From assembly GCA_043228905.1 (NCBI GenBank), contig JBHGNT010000090.1:1-64000 (forward strand): a stretch of DNA of 64,000 nt, read 5' to 3'. A program made the translations under genes and the position numbers. Positions 37,798 to 52,844 of the stretch are shown piece by piece; the stretch's first letter is position 1; each line of letters begins with the position of its first letter. The notes under the pieces are model-generated. The model was not told where the DNA came from, searched no databases, and saw nothing but the letters and a program-made list of their open reading frames with translations. This DNA is from Azolla caroliniana (Eukaryota; Plantae; Polypodiophyta).

Positions 37798-40700
37798 GCA
37801 TTTTGGGTGGCTAATAAAGGTTCCTGAATTTTTAAACACTAACTCATTAGATTGCTGAGTGGACATAATGCCAAAAGGTGGATAATAAATAGAAGATTTT
37901 GTTTCAGAGCTTATTCGAACTCAAGTGTAAGCACTCACTACATATGCTTACAAATATTAATCCGTAGCTCTATTGAGACACTGGGCAGTGTGTTGCGTCC
38001 CAATCTTTGCAGCACGATTTTGGGAAGGCTTGACATATAAATGGTTTATGCTATACATTCATAAACATCTGCGCTATTGATATATCACAGGCTGTAGGTG
38101 TTGACTTAATAATGCGTTTTTTTAATGCTTTTTCTATTGTTTGTTTAGTTTAAGTTGAATGATTATGATCACATTGCATGGTGGTTTTATACATGCGCTT
38201 TTCTGTTGTATGTGTTGATTCACCATACTTAATTGTTATAACTTTCATTTGCAGTGTTTTAGTGTAACATTGAATAATCATAATAAACATGTGCATCAGT
38301 GGTGTAGGAAAGCAGAGTAGGGAATAGGAAAGTCAGTGGGGATAATGAAGTATTCCTTGCTAGGATAATGTAAGTTTCCATAGAAGTATAAAATTGTTGT
38401 AGATTTTTCCATTTGTTGTATGGAAGAGTTCTCCCTTTTAGTTGTTAGGTAGTTTTACTGTATAATATAGCCTGTAAATTCATGGTAGTTGTATTCATAA
38501 ACACAGCATTCTTAGCTGTAGATAATGGAATTTTGATCTTTTTCATTCGATTAAGGGAAACACCTTGATAATTATTGATGTAAAAAATGATAGCTTAATT
38601 AAAAATTAGCAAGCCTTCAAAGTCAACCTTTCATACTAATGTGAGAATGATTAAATTTGAAAATGCTGGATTAGCAGATTGACGTTGTTCTCCAGTAGTC
38701 ATTGATGTAGTTGGCAACTAATGTGGGACGGGGAAATTTACAGTTAGTTTTTCGAAGGGACAATTGTTTTCTTTTGTTTGCCCTTTACCATTTGTCTACA
38801 TCCTTTGCGATTGTAGAGGTAAGTTGGAATGGTAGCTTTGCTATTTAACTTCATATTTATACATTGCACCAAGGGTTGGGAGTCAATATTGAGACTTAAG
38901 GTTAGAAACATTATGAAAACCAAGTGATATAGTGTTCTTGTGCATTTTATTCCTCTTTTATATTTGATCTCATATTCTTTTTAGTGAGTACGACCTCCTT
39001 AGTTTCTTCCATTCTCAACTTTGCATAAAAGGGCCAAAACATGGTTCCTTACCCTATCTATGATTAGATATCCTGTCCTTCACCTTTTTGCTAATAATGA
39101 TTTTCATCAACATTGTTTATGTTGTTTGACGCCCCTATCTAAAAATGCATGACACTTGCCTTTTTAGTGCTTCAGCTCTTATGATCTCAAGAAATTTTTC
39201 TTGAGGTACTTATCTATTATAATTGTTTCCTTATTTTGTTGGATATATTCTTTAGCTATCTTTGTACCTTGTAAACCTAATGCTTTATTGCTTTGGTCAT
39301 GAAGCATGTTATCTTCCCGTTTACAATTCCCTCTAAGGATTGTTGATCCATATAGTTTTTGAGTCTTGGGAGTGTGCAACCATTATATTTTATCCGGGAA
39401 CATCTAGACTTTAATTTCCCCAACCCTCTCTATACCTATTTTTTCATCAAGCATTTACAACTCACTTTTTCGTGGCTTTAATATGAGCAATATAAAGGTC
39501 CTCTAGAGCATCTTCTAGCCCTTCTTTACTTCAGCAATGTCTAAGGATTTGGTGTTTTTTGGCCTCATATGTGCCTTCTTCTCGTTTCACCTTGAAGCTC
39601 GAAACCTTGAATATGCTTGTTCCGAAAGTTTTTAAGTTGTGTGGCTATACATGACCTCTCCACATTTTTATTACCCTACTTGCTTACAAATTCATACGCT
39701 TGCAAATATTATTTATTATTTGGAGGATAGTGTTGTAAATAAGGGAAGTATTTTGGCATATGGGAGCTAATCATATTAGGGATAATGGCATTGCAAATAA
39801 GACGAATGAACATGTTCACAATTATAGTTGTGGCATTGATAATGATGAGAATATACCGTATAATGTGTAGTCAACTTTGTAAATTTGATCGTGGTCGAAG
39901 TTGTCAAAGATTGTCAAATGGAGACAACAATAGCAACAATGGTGGATGTATAGGTAGCTTATCCCCTCTTTACACCCAAAGAGTCCATGCAAGACACCAT
40001 AATTTATAGGGATGGAAAATGTGCATTTTTTCTCCCTTGTATTTCTATTGTTCGGATCATGCATAAGCTAACATGATGCAACTGCGAAGCTCATGCATTG
40101 TAGGTACATTCTCTTGGCACACGCACTTGTGTGCATCCTACAAGAGTTGGACACATGACAAGTGAACTTTCATCAATGACACTTGAAATTAATGTCTAAT
40201 TACGACCAATATTAGCATATATTCTTTGAAGCATGAATATATAGGTTTTAGCACGATTTGAGCTCATAATTGTACAAGTCAATCAAATATCCCAATTTTT
40301 TCTTAATATGAAAACATATAGAAGTTCGTTTAAACATTAAGAAGCGTTAGAATATATTCATTTTGATGCACAAATCTTTGTACAAAAGATTTATTGTCTT
40401 TCATAAAAACAAAGTCATAACCCTACACGATATCATGTCTATGGAGTTGCATCAATCTTTTCTTCTATGGTAGAAATGAACAATAGCAAATGTTTTTTGA
40501 CGGCTCATTATAATAAATGAATAAAAAGAGAGAACAAGAGATTCACAAACAACGATACTCTCTATGTTATGCATTTTGGAAGCCTAAGTATGCCTTGCAT
40601 GCAAATCAAGACAACGTTAATCAAGGAAACCACGCCTCCCATGTATCTCAAGATGACGTTAATCACGGAAACCTTGTTAACTATCACTTTGGATATTGAA

Positions 40701-43294
40701 TGTATCATCGTTCATGAACTCAATTGTGTTCATAAATGGATTAAATAAAAATACATTGTGCAATGATCGAACACATGGACATTTCCCTTGGATAACATGG
40801 AGATTTGTGTACATCCACCCAATAAGATTTGGATTGATAGGGACAAAAGAAACACGAACCATATTAAAATCCAAGTAATATAGTTGTTGAAGGTTAGAAT
40901 GAGAGACCCCAAAAATAGACTTCCATCAAAAATATTTTCTATGGTAGTTTGTGTGCATGGGAAAACATTACTAAAGACATTCTACACACATGCAACAAGG
41001 TACGTTGTCCCATGTAGACGGGGATGGGAATAAGCTATAAAGTCAAAATCAAGTTACAAAAGGAGAAAATATGTATTCATCATTTAGAGAACTCATGAAC
41101 TGCATAGTCTAGACTTGGTTATCCATCATAGTTTATTCCTTGTTGATGACAACATTGAGGATGTAAAAAATGAAGACGAAGATCAACCCAATAATGAAGA
41201 AGAAGATCGACTCGAACCAACGGAGAACTGTTTATAGATTAGTTATAAAGCCAAACATGGTAAGGAGGAGTGGATTTATTCTCATGATTCACTTGGGTTT
41301 GTCAAATTTGGACTAGCATATAGAAAGGCATTAAAGTGGACAATTATTCAACCAAATTTGAAGTGTGAAAAGCTTAATGTTTACAAAAACTAATGACATT
41401 AGAATTTCCCAAACAAAACATTAGATGCCAGAGCACATTATGAACATTGAAAACAATAGAGGTTCCATTTATGAGCAACGCTTCTTTTGGGTGTTCTATC
41501 TCAATTCTTATTAATGAGGATATTGTTGTCATTCTCTATGTTCTATGTTGATTCCTTTGATGAGAAGATTGTTGTCATTCTTTACCTATCATATCATTTG
41601 GTGAGGAGGAAAAAGGTCAAAATTGGGGTTGCAAGAACACTAACACTCCCTATCTAATTTGAATTGATGAAAGTCTAAAGAAAATGAGACCAACGAAGAC
41701 CTTAGGATAGAATGTCATGAGGGGTAGATTCTTCTTCCCACTAAGAGTGAAGAATAGAATGGTTAGTGAGAAATTGAAGATGGCTCACAAATCACTACAA
41801 TCCGTATAAATTGAAAAAGGTTTGCAAGTCACTACTATTGATATAAATAAGCATACATGATCAAAACTTGGTAATGAATGGTTAGATATAACAAAACATA
41901 CAAAGAGGCACCCGATATGTTAGGGATGGAAATTTGTGGAATATTTGTGACATGGTAATACTAGGACTCGCCCATAGTGTAACAATTTGTTGGTGGCAAC
42001 AAAATCATCATTAAGGTTGTTTACAGTGGCTCAAGTTGATTGTTGCACGCATATCAAATGTAGGGCTCTTGTGGTGCCTTTTTATGCAAGGAGACCTAAC
42101 ATATCATGGGTTATGTTAATGCGTCATTGTTAATGGGTTGTGGTGTCCTACCTAAACAAGAGACAAATTGTCGAAATAAGGAATGGGTCTTTTAGGATAC
42201 CAGTAGGAATGAGGGTGTTGAAGGAACAATTCGCAAATCTATCAAACATGCCAACAACAAATATTTTGTTCTCAAGAAAGATAAGTAACCGAAGCATCAA
42301 TTTGTATCTTGAGAATTGGGCTGTGTGTGTGGGGATGGATGAACAATGAACAACCATTGTACAACAAAGCCTACGTTATGGGAGTCTAGTTTTTGGACAT
42401 TTGCTTTCTCGTTTTCCTTTTGGTGACATCTTTATAAATTTCGCCGATCGAAAGGATTTTGGGGAATCAATAAAATCTACGTTTTTGACTAACCGCCAAA
42501 CTCAAATTTCAAAGTCAAATGAACTCCTCCAACGTCCAACATACACACATCTTTACATATTTAAAAAAACACACCCTCTCTTTCTCTCTGTGAGTGTGTG
42601 TGTGAATTTAAAGAGGTAAAGAGGGCAGTATTAATAAATGGAAGAGGAGGAGCATTGATCTAAGAAGATAAGCCGTCGGTTATGATGTGTAAGGAAGGGG
42701 GAGGGGTGTATAGAAGATGTTGTCCACCAAATCCAGAAGATTTGGTTTTTGGAAGAAGAGAGGAAAATAAAGAGGGTAAAGAGAACAAGAACCAACAAAC
42801 GAACAAACAAATATATTTTGCCAATTGGTCAAGGGTCAAGGGTCAAAGGTCAAGGGCAGCATCAGAGGCAGAGGCAGAAGAAGAGGGTCTTTTCGGGGCA
42901 CGGCTCTCTCTCTCTCTCTCTCTCTGGCGGTGTGGCCACACCCACTGTGAAAAAAGTTATATGTGTGTATATAATCATAATATGTTATCCCTCCCTCAGG
43001 AACAAAGAAGAGGTAGGGAGGGGTAGGGGAGCTGAAAACATAAATAAAATCAAATAGACACAGATGATCTGAAGGAAGAGACAGCGGAAGGAACTACGTC
43101 TATTTTTTTATATGTCACTACACTAATAATAATAATAATTCTAAGAAATAAATAATAATACTAATAATAATAATAATAAGAGAAGTAGTAGTAGTAGTAG
43201 TAGACTGTAGTAGTATTTTTAGTTTTTCTGTTGCGTGCTTCTGACTCCACAGACCGGGCGTGCTCAAAACCAAAATTGCCTCGGACACCGGGCG

Positions 43295-43321
43295 CACGTG
43301 TGTGTGTGTGTATATGATATG

Positions 43322-43358
<37 letters not shown>

Positions 43359-43589
43359 CATCCCTCTTCCCGGGGGGCCCCGACCCCTTTTTCTTTCCTT
43401 TGATTTCTCATTTCATGCAGAGAGACACACAGAAAGCAGCCAAACCCTAAACCGAAGGAAGGATAGGAGGAATGAATATAGTGAAGGAAGGAAGGGAAAG
43501 AAACCGCAAAAACGGTTTCCCGGCGGCTCACTTTCCCGTCCCAACCCTATTTGTCTTCACGTTTTCTCGACAAATACGCCTGCCACGTG
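43295..43589 (+). promoter_or_regulatory. Candidate cell-cycle promoter module upstream of cyclin D: G-boxes, telo-box and E2F-type site
   Basis: CACGTG at 43295-43300 and 43584-43589; AAACCCTAA at 43442-43450; TTTCCCGG (matches WTTSSCSS) at 43516-43523; GA/CT tracts nearby. Motif matches only. Confidence 0.4.
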
Positions 43590-43727
43590 TACGGCAGAAG
43601 CGCGGCCTCGCCACTAACACGCGCTCTGCTCCTCCTCCTCCTCCTTCTCATCTCTCTCTCTCTCTCCGACTCCTCTTTTTCCGCGACCATTTTATTTTCT
43701 CTCTCACTCTCTCTCATTGACTGTCAA

Positions 43728-43759
<32 letters not shown>

Positions 43760-44504
43760 CACACATCGCCATATAATATACATACATACATATACATTTA
43801 TATATACATACATATATATATATATATATATATGAATATGTATATCATATATGTATGTATGTGTGTGTGTGTGTGAATAGAGAGCTCTCATAAAATCTGG
43901 TAATCCTCACTGTCGCTGAAATTCCTCTCACCTTATACTATATAGTCCTCGTAGTTATAATAATTTATATTGTATCGTACCTTCTCTCCTTCCCTTCCCT
44001 TCCCTTTGAGCTCTCTGCTCAGAAACTGTTGTTATTATTATTATTGTAGTTGCTGCTGTAATTGTCGTTTTTATTAACTCACGGGCTTTCATTTACATAC
44101 AAAACTACTACTACTACTACTACTCAAGCAGCAAAAAGGAAGAAGCTGCTCTGCTCGATCACTCCCTCCCCTCCCTCACTTTCACTCTCACACTCCCTGC
44201 GTCAAATTTTACTGCGCCATTTTTTGTCGCACTACACTGCCCCATCACAATCATACTACATTTCTCTCATTTATACACATCTATCTATCTATCTATCTAT
44301 CTATCTATATATTACATCTGTATCCCTCCTTCGCTCTCTCATACATATTATCAAATTCCTCATCTTCTACGCCATTCCCTTTTCTATAACCCATACACTC
44401 CATCATTACTCTCTCATACATTCACAGATATACTCACATCCTATAATCTCAATAATACAATCCTACTTCCGCTGATCCCTATTTCAGTCTACAGATCCAG
44501 TGCA

Positions 44505-46293
44505 ATGGACTTCGATCTCCTCCTCTACTGCGAAGAGCTACTCATTAACGAGGATGATTATATTGGTGGCGGACTTGATGATGATCTGGCTGTAATCGAT
44601 GAATATAATCCGATGCATGCTCATGATAACAATGTGTCATTAATTAGCTGCATTTCTCATAACAGCTCGCAGCTAATTAACGATCACATTGATGTCGATG
44701 AGGACGACCTGATTACCTTCGGGATCCTTCTTGAAAAGGAATGTGAATTCCATCCTGGGGTTAATTCCTATCTTCCTAAATTGCGAGCCAATGATGAAAT
44801 AATCAACCAGATGTCTGCCCAATTGCGTTGCAGATCAGTCCACTGGCTCCTCAAGGTACATTACTGTTTACCACTGCTCTTGAGTATCTGTCCACACTCA
44901 TCACCTCCGTAGTTTCATCGTTAAATCTCGTTTAATCTCTGTAATAACGTGTCAGGCATGCAAGACATTCGGCTTCTGTCCGCTCACAGCTGCCCTGTCT
45001 GTTAATTACCTCGACCGCTATCTGGCCCAGAATCTCTACTCTGCAGATGTAAGTAAGCATGGCAACTGACCCCAAGATTGTGATCGCGAATGCTGTTAGT
45101 GCTTGTGTAATGCCATGTGGCTTGATATGTGATTACTGACCTAATGGTTGTCTCTACCTGGTTATTTACTATCTATATGACAGTCATGGAAGCCCTGGAT
45201 GTTCGAGCTGCTCTCTGTGGCTTGTCTGTCCATAGCTGCGAAGATGGAAGAAGTAGATGTGCCTTTACTACGAGATCTACAGGTAACCTATTAACATTTG
45301 AGTCATCCCGAAGTTAAGAAATATGATTAGAAAGGTTTCTAGTGCGGCACGGCCATCACCTAACTACTCATACATTTTATCTTATTTTTGGACAGGTGGA
45401 TGGATTGGAACACTATTTCCACGATAATACGGTTCAAAGGATGGAATTAGCAGTCATGAATAGCTTAGGTTGGAAGCTTCGATCCATCACTCCCATCGCA
45501 TTCGCAGAGAAAGCTATTAATGGCCTTAATTACCTCAGTAATCAGGCAAAGGGCATGCTGTTAGAGCGCGTCTCGGAGCTGATTCTGGGAACCTTGCCTG
45601 GTAAATAATTCTATCTCAATCACCTACCTCTCTCTCTCTCTCTCTCCACAGATAAGATTAATGAATCTCGCTTAACGATGGAGAATGAATGTGTTGCAGG
45701 ATTAGAGTTCCTAGAGTTTCGAGCTTCAGTGATTGCTCTGACGTCTATCCAATGTGCGCTGGACGAGAGCTTCCCAATCCAAGCCACATCTCACGGCCGA
45801 AGAGAAGCCTTGCTAAAATGCATCCCTGCTGATCAGGTGCAAAAAAGAAGATGGGGAGCATTTAAAATGATGTCCCTACTTATTACAATTAAAATTCTGT
45901 CTGAGTCGCGGTCTGAATAAAAGAATTCCCCTTTGTTTGTGTTTGCGTACGCAGAGTGAGGTGGTCCACTGTGCTGGACTTCTGGACGAGCTCGTCGTGG
46001 ACCCCATGACATCACCTTGCGCGATGCTGACGTCGTCCCACGACTTCGACGGCGCTAAGTCGCCGCCGAGCCCGACCGGCGTTATCCAGCAGCCGCCGCT
46101 TGTCTCCGGCCCACGCTGCCGGACAACTGAATTTGAAGTCAACGAACTCGGGATGGACGCCACGTGGCCCGGCGCCGGGGACGGCTGGGCAATGCCACTG
46201 CTGAAGGAGGAGGAGGAGGAGGAGGAGGAGCACCACCACCATCACCATCACCACCACTTACGGATGCCCAAACGGCAGCGGAGGGAGGAATAA
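44505..46293 (+). CDS. CYCD: D-type cyclin, ~407 aa
   Basis: Exons 44505-44855, 44956-45048, 45184-45282, 45396-45600, 45700-45836 and 45955-46293 (1224 nt, GT-AG). N-terminal RB-binding LxCxE (LYCEE); cyclin box RCRSVHWLLK, ALSVNYLDRY, LLSVACLSIAAKMEE and QRMELAVMNSLGWKLRSITP; C-terminal SPPSPTGVI, poly-E/poly-H and KRQRR. Confidence 0.95.
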
Positions 46294-46680
46294 CAACAAC
46301 AAAAGAAATAGAAGAATAAAAAGGCTGTTTACGTTCGGCTGGTATGGAATGATCGGCGGCGGGATGAAATGTGGTGTTAAGCTACCAGCCAGCCGTTTCT
46401 GATCCATTCATTGCCCGGGAATCTGGAGCGGCATTATTCATAAATGTGGTGCTCGAATTCCATCATACCCCCCCACACACAGAAAAACCACCCACTCACA
46501 CAGACATGTACATGTCCCTCTCTCTCTCTCTCTCTTTCTCCCCCTATCTTTAATCTAATCCTCTCTTTCTATCTCTCTCTCTCTCTAGGTTTAGCAGCTA
46601 CATAATAATAATACATATATATTAGAGGCAATGGATGCCTAGTTGCCTGTCCCCCGTGATCTTGCTTGCACACTTCTGTC

Positions 46681-46735
<55 letters not shown>

Positions 46736-49700
46736 GTTCAAAACAACAAATACGGAGGAATGGATTGATCGGAGATGACTGGAGAGTAATAGAGAGAGAA
46801 AGAGGAAGAGAGAGAGAGAGAAGAGAAGGAGACGCTGCTAAGGAGGGGTCGTACGTGGAATTATAAGAGAAGTAGGTAGGTAGGTAGGTATATAGCTTAG
46901 GCTTTTAGCTTAGATTTCGGCTGCATGCCTGCCTGCCTGCCTGCTTCTCTTTTGTTTTTACGTCACCATCAATCTCACACTCTGCTGCTATAATTCCTCG
47001 GATTTCGTAAAGCTGTTCCCCCAGTTTAAACAAGGTTAACAACAACTTACTTACATTATACATACACGATACATATACATATTATGTATATGTGTGTGTA
47101 ACTGCTACATGTATCATGTAATATATGTGTACATGTATGTATGTATGTATGTATGTATAACCAACCAACGCAGACCAGCCCAAGGCCAAGCCCACTCTAA
47201 CCAACTTAACTACCCCCCCAACCTGCTTGCTGCCTTTTTTATTGGACTGCGTGGCCTTCATGGGTTTTAACAGCCCCCCTCCCGCATTGTCTCTCTTCGA
47301 TGCAAATGGATGATGATTTTATTCATGTCGGATCCAGAGAAGAAGACAGCAAATAACATTAGAAACAAATGATGTTGTAATCTAAGCTCTTCTCATCCCC
47401 CCCCCTACACCCTCCGATGGTTGGTTGGTCGTTTGTTATCTTTGGATTCTTCTCGGCAATGTTACTTCAAGATCTAAACACACTTGGTGATTTACCCATT
47501 CACAAGCTTCAAGATCTAAACACACTTGGTTTGACGAAATGTAGAATCAACATGGAGACTTTAACGCCACATATAGTGCTTCAATGACAGAAGTCAGGAG
47601 GAAGATATATATAAGTAGGACTTCAGTGATCACAATGATGTAAATGACAATGAAAATACTCTTACACTAAAAATTCACTTTAGAAACTTTAAAATTTTGC
47701 AATTTTAGTGGCAACTTTCTTGCAGTATTAAATGCTTCCATGTGTTTAGAATCTTGAGCTGATTTATGTCAAGATCTTTGACTTTCAAGCACATCATAAC
47801 TTATCTTTGTTTTAATAATGGGTACACAATCGATGTAATGGCTTGGGAGTGTCATGAATTGTACAGATCTTGATATTACCACTACAATTTGGATAACAAT
47901 ATCTTATGAAAATAACAACACCTCAATTTATATATTACAAACGTTCGGCACAAACTATTATACATAAACTGCTCTTTACCTATTATACACCCATTCTGGT
48001 ATGCTTCTCAAAATCCTATGTGATTTCCTTACTTCAAGCAAGCATTTGAACAGTGATCTACACATGCACACTTGCAAACTACATGCGGTACTTGGGTAAG
48101 TTTTTAGCCTTTCATTAAATCTTGGAATCCTATCCATGCACCAAGCCCATCTTGTAATCCAACTATATGGTGTCATCATTAGATGGAGTACACACACACA
48201 ATAAAAGATTTGAACACTTTCATTTCATTGTTACACAATGGCTTTCATAACCATTCTGTATGATAATGATTGCTTGATTGTACGTGCATCCTTAGACACA
48301 TATGCTTAGGGTTTAATTTATGTAGTACATCCCATGTTAGGAGCAAGAAAAACAATGGTCTTGTACAATTTTTGGAGCTCCTAGATTAATAGCTTTCAAG
48401 TAGGATGATATTTATCTCGCCAACCACGTAACTAAGCATTGCCACATTGATTATGAATGTACAGTGTCATCCTACACGGATTTTCCCATAGAAAATAATA
48501 AGTTGGGGTTATACATCGATGAGAAAAGATTTGGATCATCTTTGGTAAGATGGAGGGGGTAAAAGGATACAAATGTGGCAAAAGAAAGCATGCGAGTAGA
48601 TAGAACCCTCCATTGTATCAACATTAGACAATATTTACTCTTAGTAGATCTACATAATAACATGGGTAAAGCTTTTGTTAGTGTACGTTGCAATTTTATA
48701 AACTTTGATGGATATATCTAGAACTTCCATTTATGAGCCTCTTCAAGACTATGGCAGGAAAAGTTGTGGGAAATTTAATCTAGTATGGCAATCACATTTG
48801 GCCATTTATCATGATCATAATTTCATGGTCACGTCTTTGTACTATGTATGATTGTGAATTATCATGAATGGTTAATGATTTATAAACTTCACATTGAATT
48901 GAATGAGTTTTGTTTCTCACACATTCACCAATTTACGTGTATCATGCCCATGCACGTGTGAATGAACATAAAGACATGTAGTATGGCGTGATTGTGTTTA
49001 GATGATTGTGTAGGCTATTGATCGAGAATGAAACATATGCATACACAAGCACATGTTGGCATGAAGGTCATGCATGATACAAACTCTACATGCATGCACA
49101 TTCATTTGGCGAAATTTTATAGTGTTGCGTGTTGGCATAATTAGTGCATAAATTCTTAGCATTCAAACAAAGACATTTTGCGTCTTGTACTCACAAGAAA
49201 AAGTGTCTCATCTTGAACGGACTTAGATGAACACATTTACTTGTTTTCAAAGCTATGGGATTCTGTGCTTAAAATCACTTCAACCTAATATTATTGTGTA
49301 TGCTATGAGCACAAACCATAAGCCTTAGGATATTTATACAATAGAAGCATATCAAAAGAATACTACCATCAGATACTTTGTTAAAGTTACTTCTTAAGTG
49401 TCTTCCCATGGTGAGAACTCAATTGAGTAATTGCTAAATTTATATAATAACTTCTCGTGTATTGTAGCGTATTGGCCAAAATGAAATACAATCATTTGTT
49501 GGTCATAACAAGCTCATTTCTGTGACATCTCTAATAAGTGAATACCCACATCCTTCTCAAATAGCTATCTAATTATCTCAACTTTTACTTGACAAGGCAT
49601 AGAACACCTACTTGAGATTTAAAAGATGGTGAGTCTCGAGGGCAATGAAACAAATGAATGGAGGTGTGAAGAATCTCATCAATTGGATAGAATTCTCGTA

Positions 49701-52484
49701 ACATATTACTAAATCATATTATAAGCACATATATAAGACCAAGGCCATTTCTACGCCATCTCTAACAACTCAATACCATTTGTATCTAATTAATATCTCA
49801 ATTTCAGTTTAAAAGACACGCAACACTTGTTGATATTTGAAAGATGACTAGTCTAGAAGGTTATCAAATAAAAGGGTGGCCATATGTTTGGAAACAGTGT
49901 CATCGATTGTATAGAAATTTCCTCCATTGTTACTAAGTCATTTTATGAGCATGTATGTATGACCCGATCACACACACTTATTTCTAGACGTGAACATTTC
50001 ATGGAATGTTTGAGTTCTTTTCGGATAAGGTATACCATTTTGTAATATGGATAGAGGTAATAAAAGGCAATGTTGAGTTCAAATGTGCACAAAGTGCTTG
50101 CACGATTTTTAAAACTTTTAGTTTTCAAAAACTGCCATTAAAACAATATTCTATCCTCATGTTATCCTTAACTTTCTGTGTAATGTCGTATTAATGAATA
50201 TATTTAATCAAACAATGGGGTCCACCTCATAAACCAACATTTCTAGTTTATTGTATAAATGCTCATATAAAACCAACCCAATGCTTTTTGAAATGTTGAA
50301 TGTCAAAGGAGTCTTCAATGGATTTTGCCCAATTTTACCTAAAACTTTTGAGGTCGAACATTTTGAAAGGAGAGAAGTTCAACATTATTAGATCTCAATA
50401 TGTTTGTTAGGAAATACTAACATTAGATCGTACAAAGTATATGGCACTCACTTAAAATAACTTAATAATGACAACATGATTATAAGAATAAGCTCTGGTG
50501 AGAAAGTTGGGGAATTTCCAAAAGGCGGTAACTAATCATAATGTTGTGAAGTTCATAAAAAGAACAACTTTTGAGTGCATATAATGTGTGAACATCTTGG
50601 AGAAGATCCTCTTGTTTATTCACCAACACATTATTACGTAAGTGAAGGGGAGAAAAAACCAAGCGGAAAAACATAATAAGAACAAGTTTTTTTCCACCAA
50701 GGTATGCATACAAGTGCAACTAACCTTGTGGTAATAGCAGTAATGATCATTCTCATTCGCATGATCCGCTTTGTTACTACAATAATAATGTGATTATAGT
50801 CATCATAGACAAAACATTGTGTCCCTTTGGAACCATGTTGAAACTATTGACATTTCTAACATATTCCTTCCTTGCAAGTTTGTCATTTTGAATGTGTTGA
50901 TGGGACAACATATTGCCACACACACACATTTGGAGTTCACTTGCTCGTCGATTCACTCTTTGGCTCGTGATTCCATTCGAAAAGAAAGAGCAAGTTCAAT
51001 TCTCCCCCTCTCTCTTGTTTGTCTTTGTATATGAGAAAAAGAGCAAAAAAGTGTCCTTTGTATCCTCTTCTTTTCTATTTTGTTGTTCTTTTTGTTTTAA
51101 TTTCAACTTTTGGGATGATTCGAACACACAAGAGACATTGCTTCCTTTCTACTACAACACCAAAACAATAAACAAATCAAGTGATGATAATAATAACAAT
51201 GCAGGTAGGTACTCATTATTATTATGTGTGCACATATAATGAGAAACTCGACTAACATTTTGTCGTGTGCATATTCGAGTGGACATGAAGCACAACTCCC
51301 TCCCTCTCTAATGTCCACCAATAACGAGGCCACTCTCTCGAACTTCCATACACCTACAATGTTCATCCCTAAATTGACAATTATGTCTTGCTCTTTAAAG
51401 TTACACATGAGGTTATCCTCCCTCTAAAGTTCAACCCACAATACGGTCAATCTTTCTAAGGTTCCATCGACAAAGGTATTTGCATCTCTCTCTAAACTCC
51501 TTCCAAAGTTGCTTTGTGCGTGTGCGTGTGCGTGTATGTGTAAGTAGTCCCAAACAACGATTCCTCTCAAAAAGTCCCATGATGTTTTTTATTTTGGTTT
51601 GAATTTATCAGCTTTTTCACAGATTATCACGATTCACACAATTGAGTCCATCTATAAGTATCTTCCTTTGTCCTCAAAAGAATTTAAATGTTTCTTTCAC
51701 ATAAGTCCACTCCTCACCATATCACATCTGCCCTTTTCCCCTCCCACGAAACTCTTGTTTTGAAATTCCATCAACGTGGAGTTGACATAAAATCGCCTTT
51801 GCATTTTTTCCCATTCTTTTTTGAATAGGAGTGTCTTTTTTGAAGAATTTGTACCATTGCGTAGTTCCTTTCGGCATTTTAATTGTTCTTTAAGTTTTTA
51901 AAGTCTATGACCTAGTAGTTAGCTGCAAGTTTGTATGAAGAATTAAGCCAATTCTTGGATGTATTCATACCCAAGTATTCCATGATGACATGCCGTATGT
52001 ACGTTCCTAACATTTATAGGCAAAAAACTTAACATGTCTCCTGGTTGGAAGAATTTTATCCCAATTGTAATATATGTTCAATAGAATTTAATACCAAGCA
52101 AGAGACAATGTCTAAATTTACGATACCTAGCATATGAAATCACGACAATCTAAATATTCGGAGCAAAACATGAAGTGAATTCGAGATTTTGAGACTTATT
52201 GGTAGATTTCCTTACCAAAAACAATTGAGTGAACTTTAAGCATTCATGATTTGGAAGTCTTCGATTCTAGAAATGCATGAAAGTTTACCTCCTAGTAAAA
52301 TATTACATTTTTAGAATATGTTTATTCTTTAGCCAATTTCACAACCACACCTCCCATCTTATCCTTTAACTTATGGAATGATAAACACCGTCTATTCTAA
52401 ATGCAATACATGACGTTCCATTTTCGTATTCTTCAAGTCTTTAACACATGGTATTCCATGTTCTAAATATGCTTTCAAATTCCT

Positions 52485-52844
52485 CTGTTCTAGGACCAAA
52501 ATGATGGTTTTGTCATACAACATACTATTTGATTTTTTGAGGCTTGGGTTCATTTATTTGCCTGCTATACATTAACTTCATTACATTCTCTTTGTATTCA
52601 CATATTACATTGTTCTCTTGCTGTTCAACATCAATAAAACATTTTGCTTCTTTCCCCTTGGGCCTGTTCTAGGACCAAAATGATGGTTTTGTCATACAAC
52701 ATACTATTTGATTTTTTGAGGGTTGGGTTCATTTATTTGCCTGCTATACATGAACTTTATTACATTCTCTTTGTATTCACATATTACATTGTTCTCTTGT
52801 TGTTCAACATCAATAAAACATTTTGCTTCTTTCCCCTTGGGCCT
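52485..52844. repeat. 179-bp tandem duplication
   Basis: CTGTTCTAGGACCAAAATGATGG...TTCCCCTTGGGC occurs at 52485 and 52664 with only a few substitutions. Confidence 0.92.

Noticed and set aside
38200-42400. AT-rich intergenic stretch with fragments that might be an old transposase
   Set aside because: Only vague resemblance; no ORF or motif strong enough to name a family.
42880-47300. Possible miRNA hairpins around CYCD
   Set aside because: I found no conserved plant miRNA sequence; the apparent self-complementarity comes from GA/TC and TA microsatellites.
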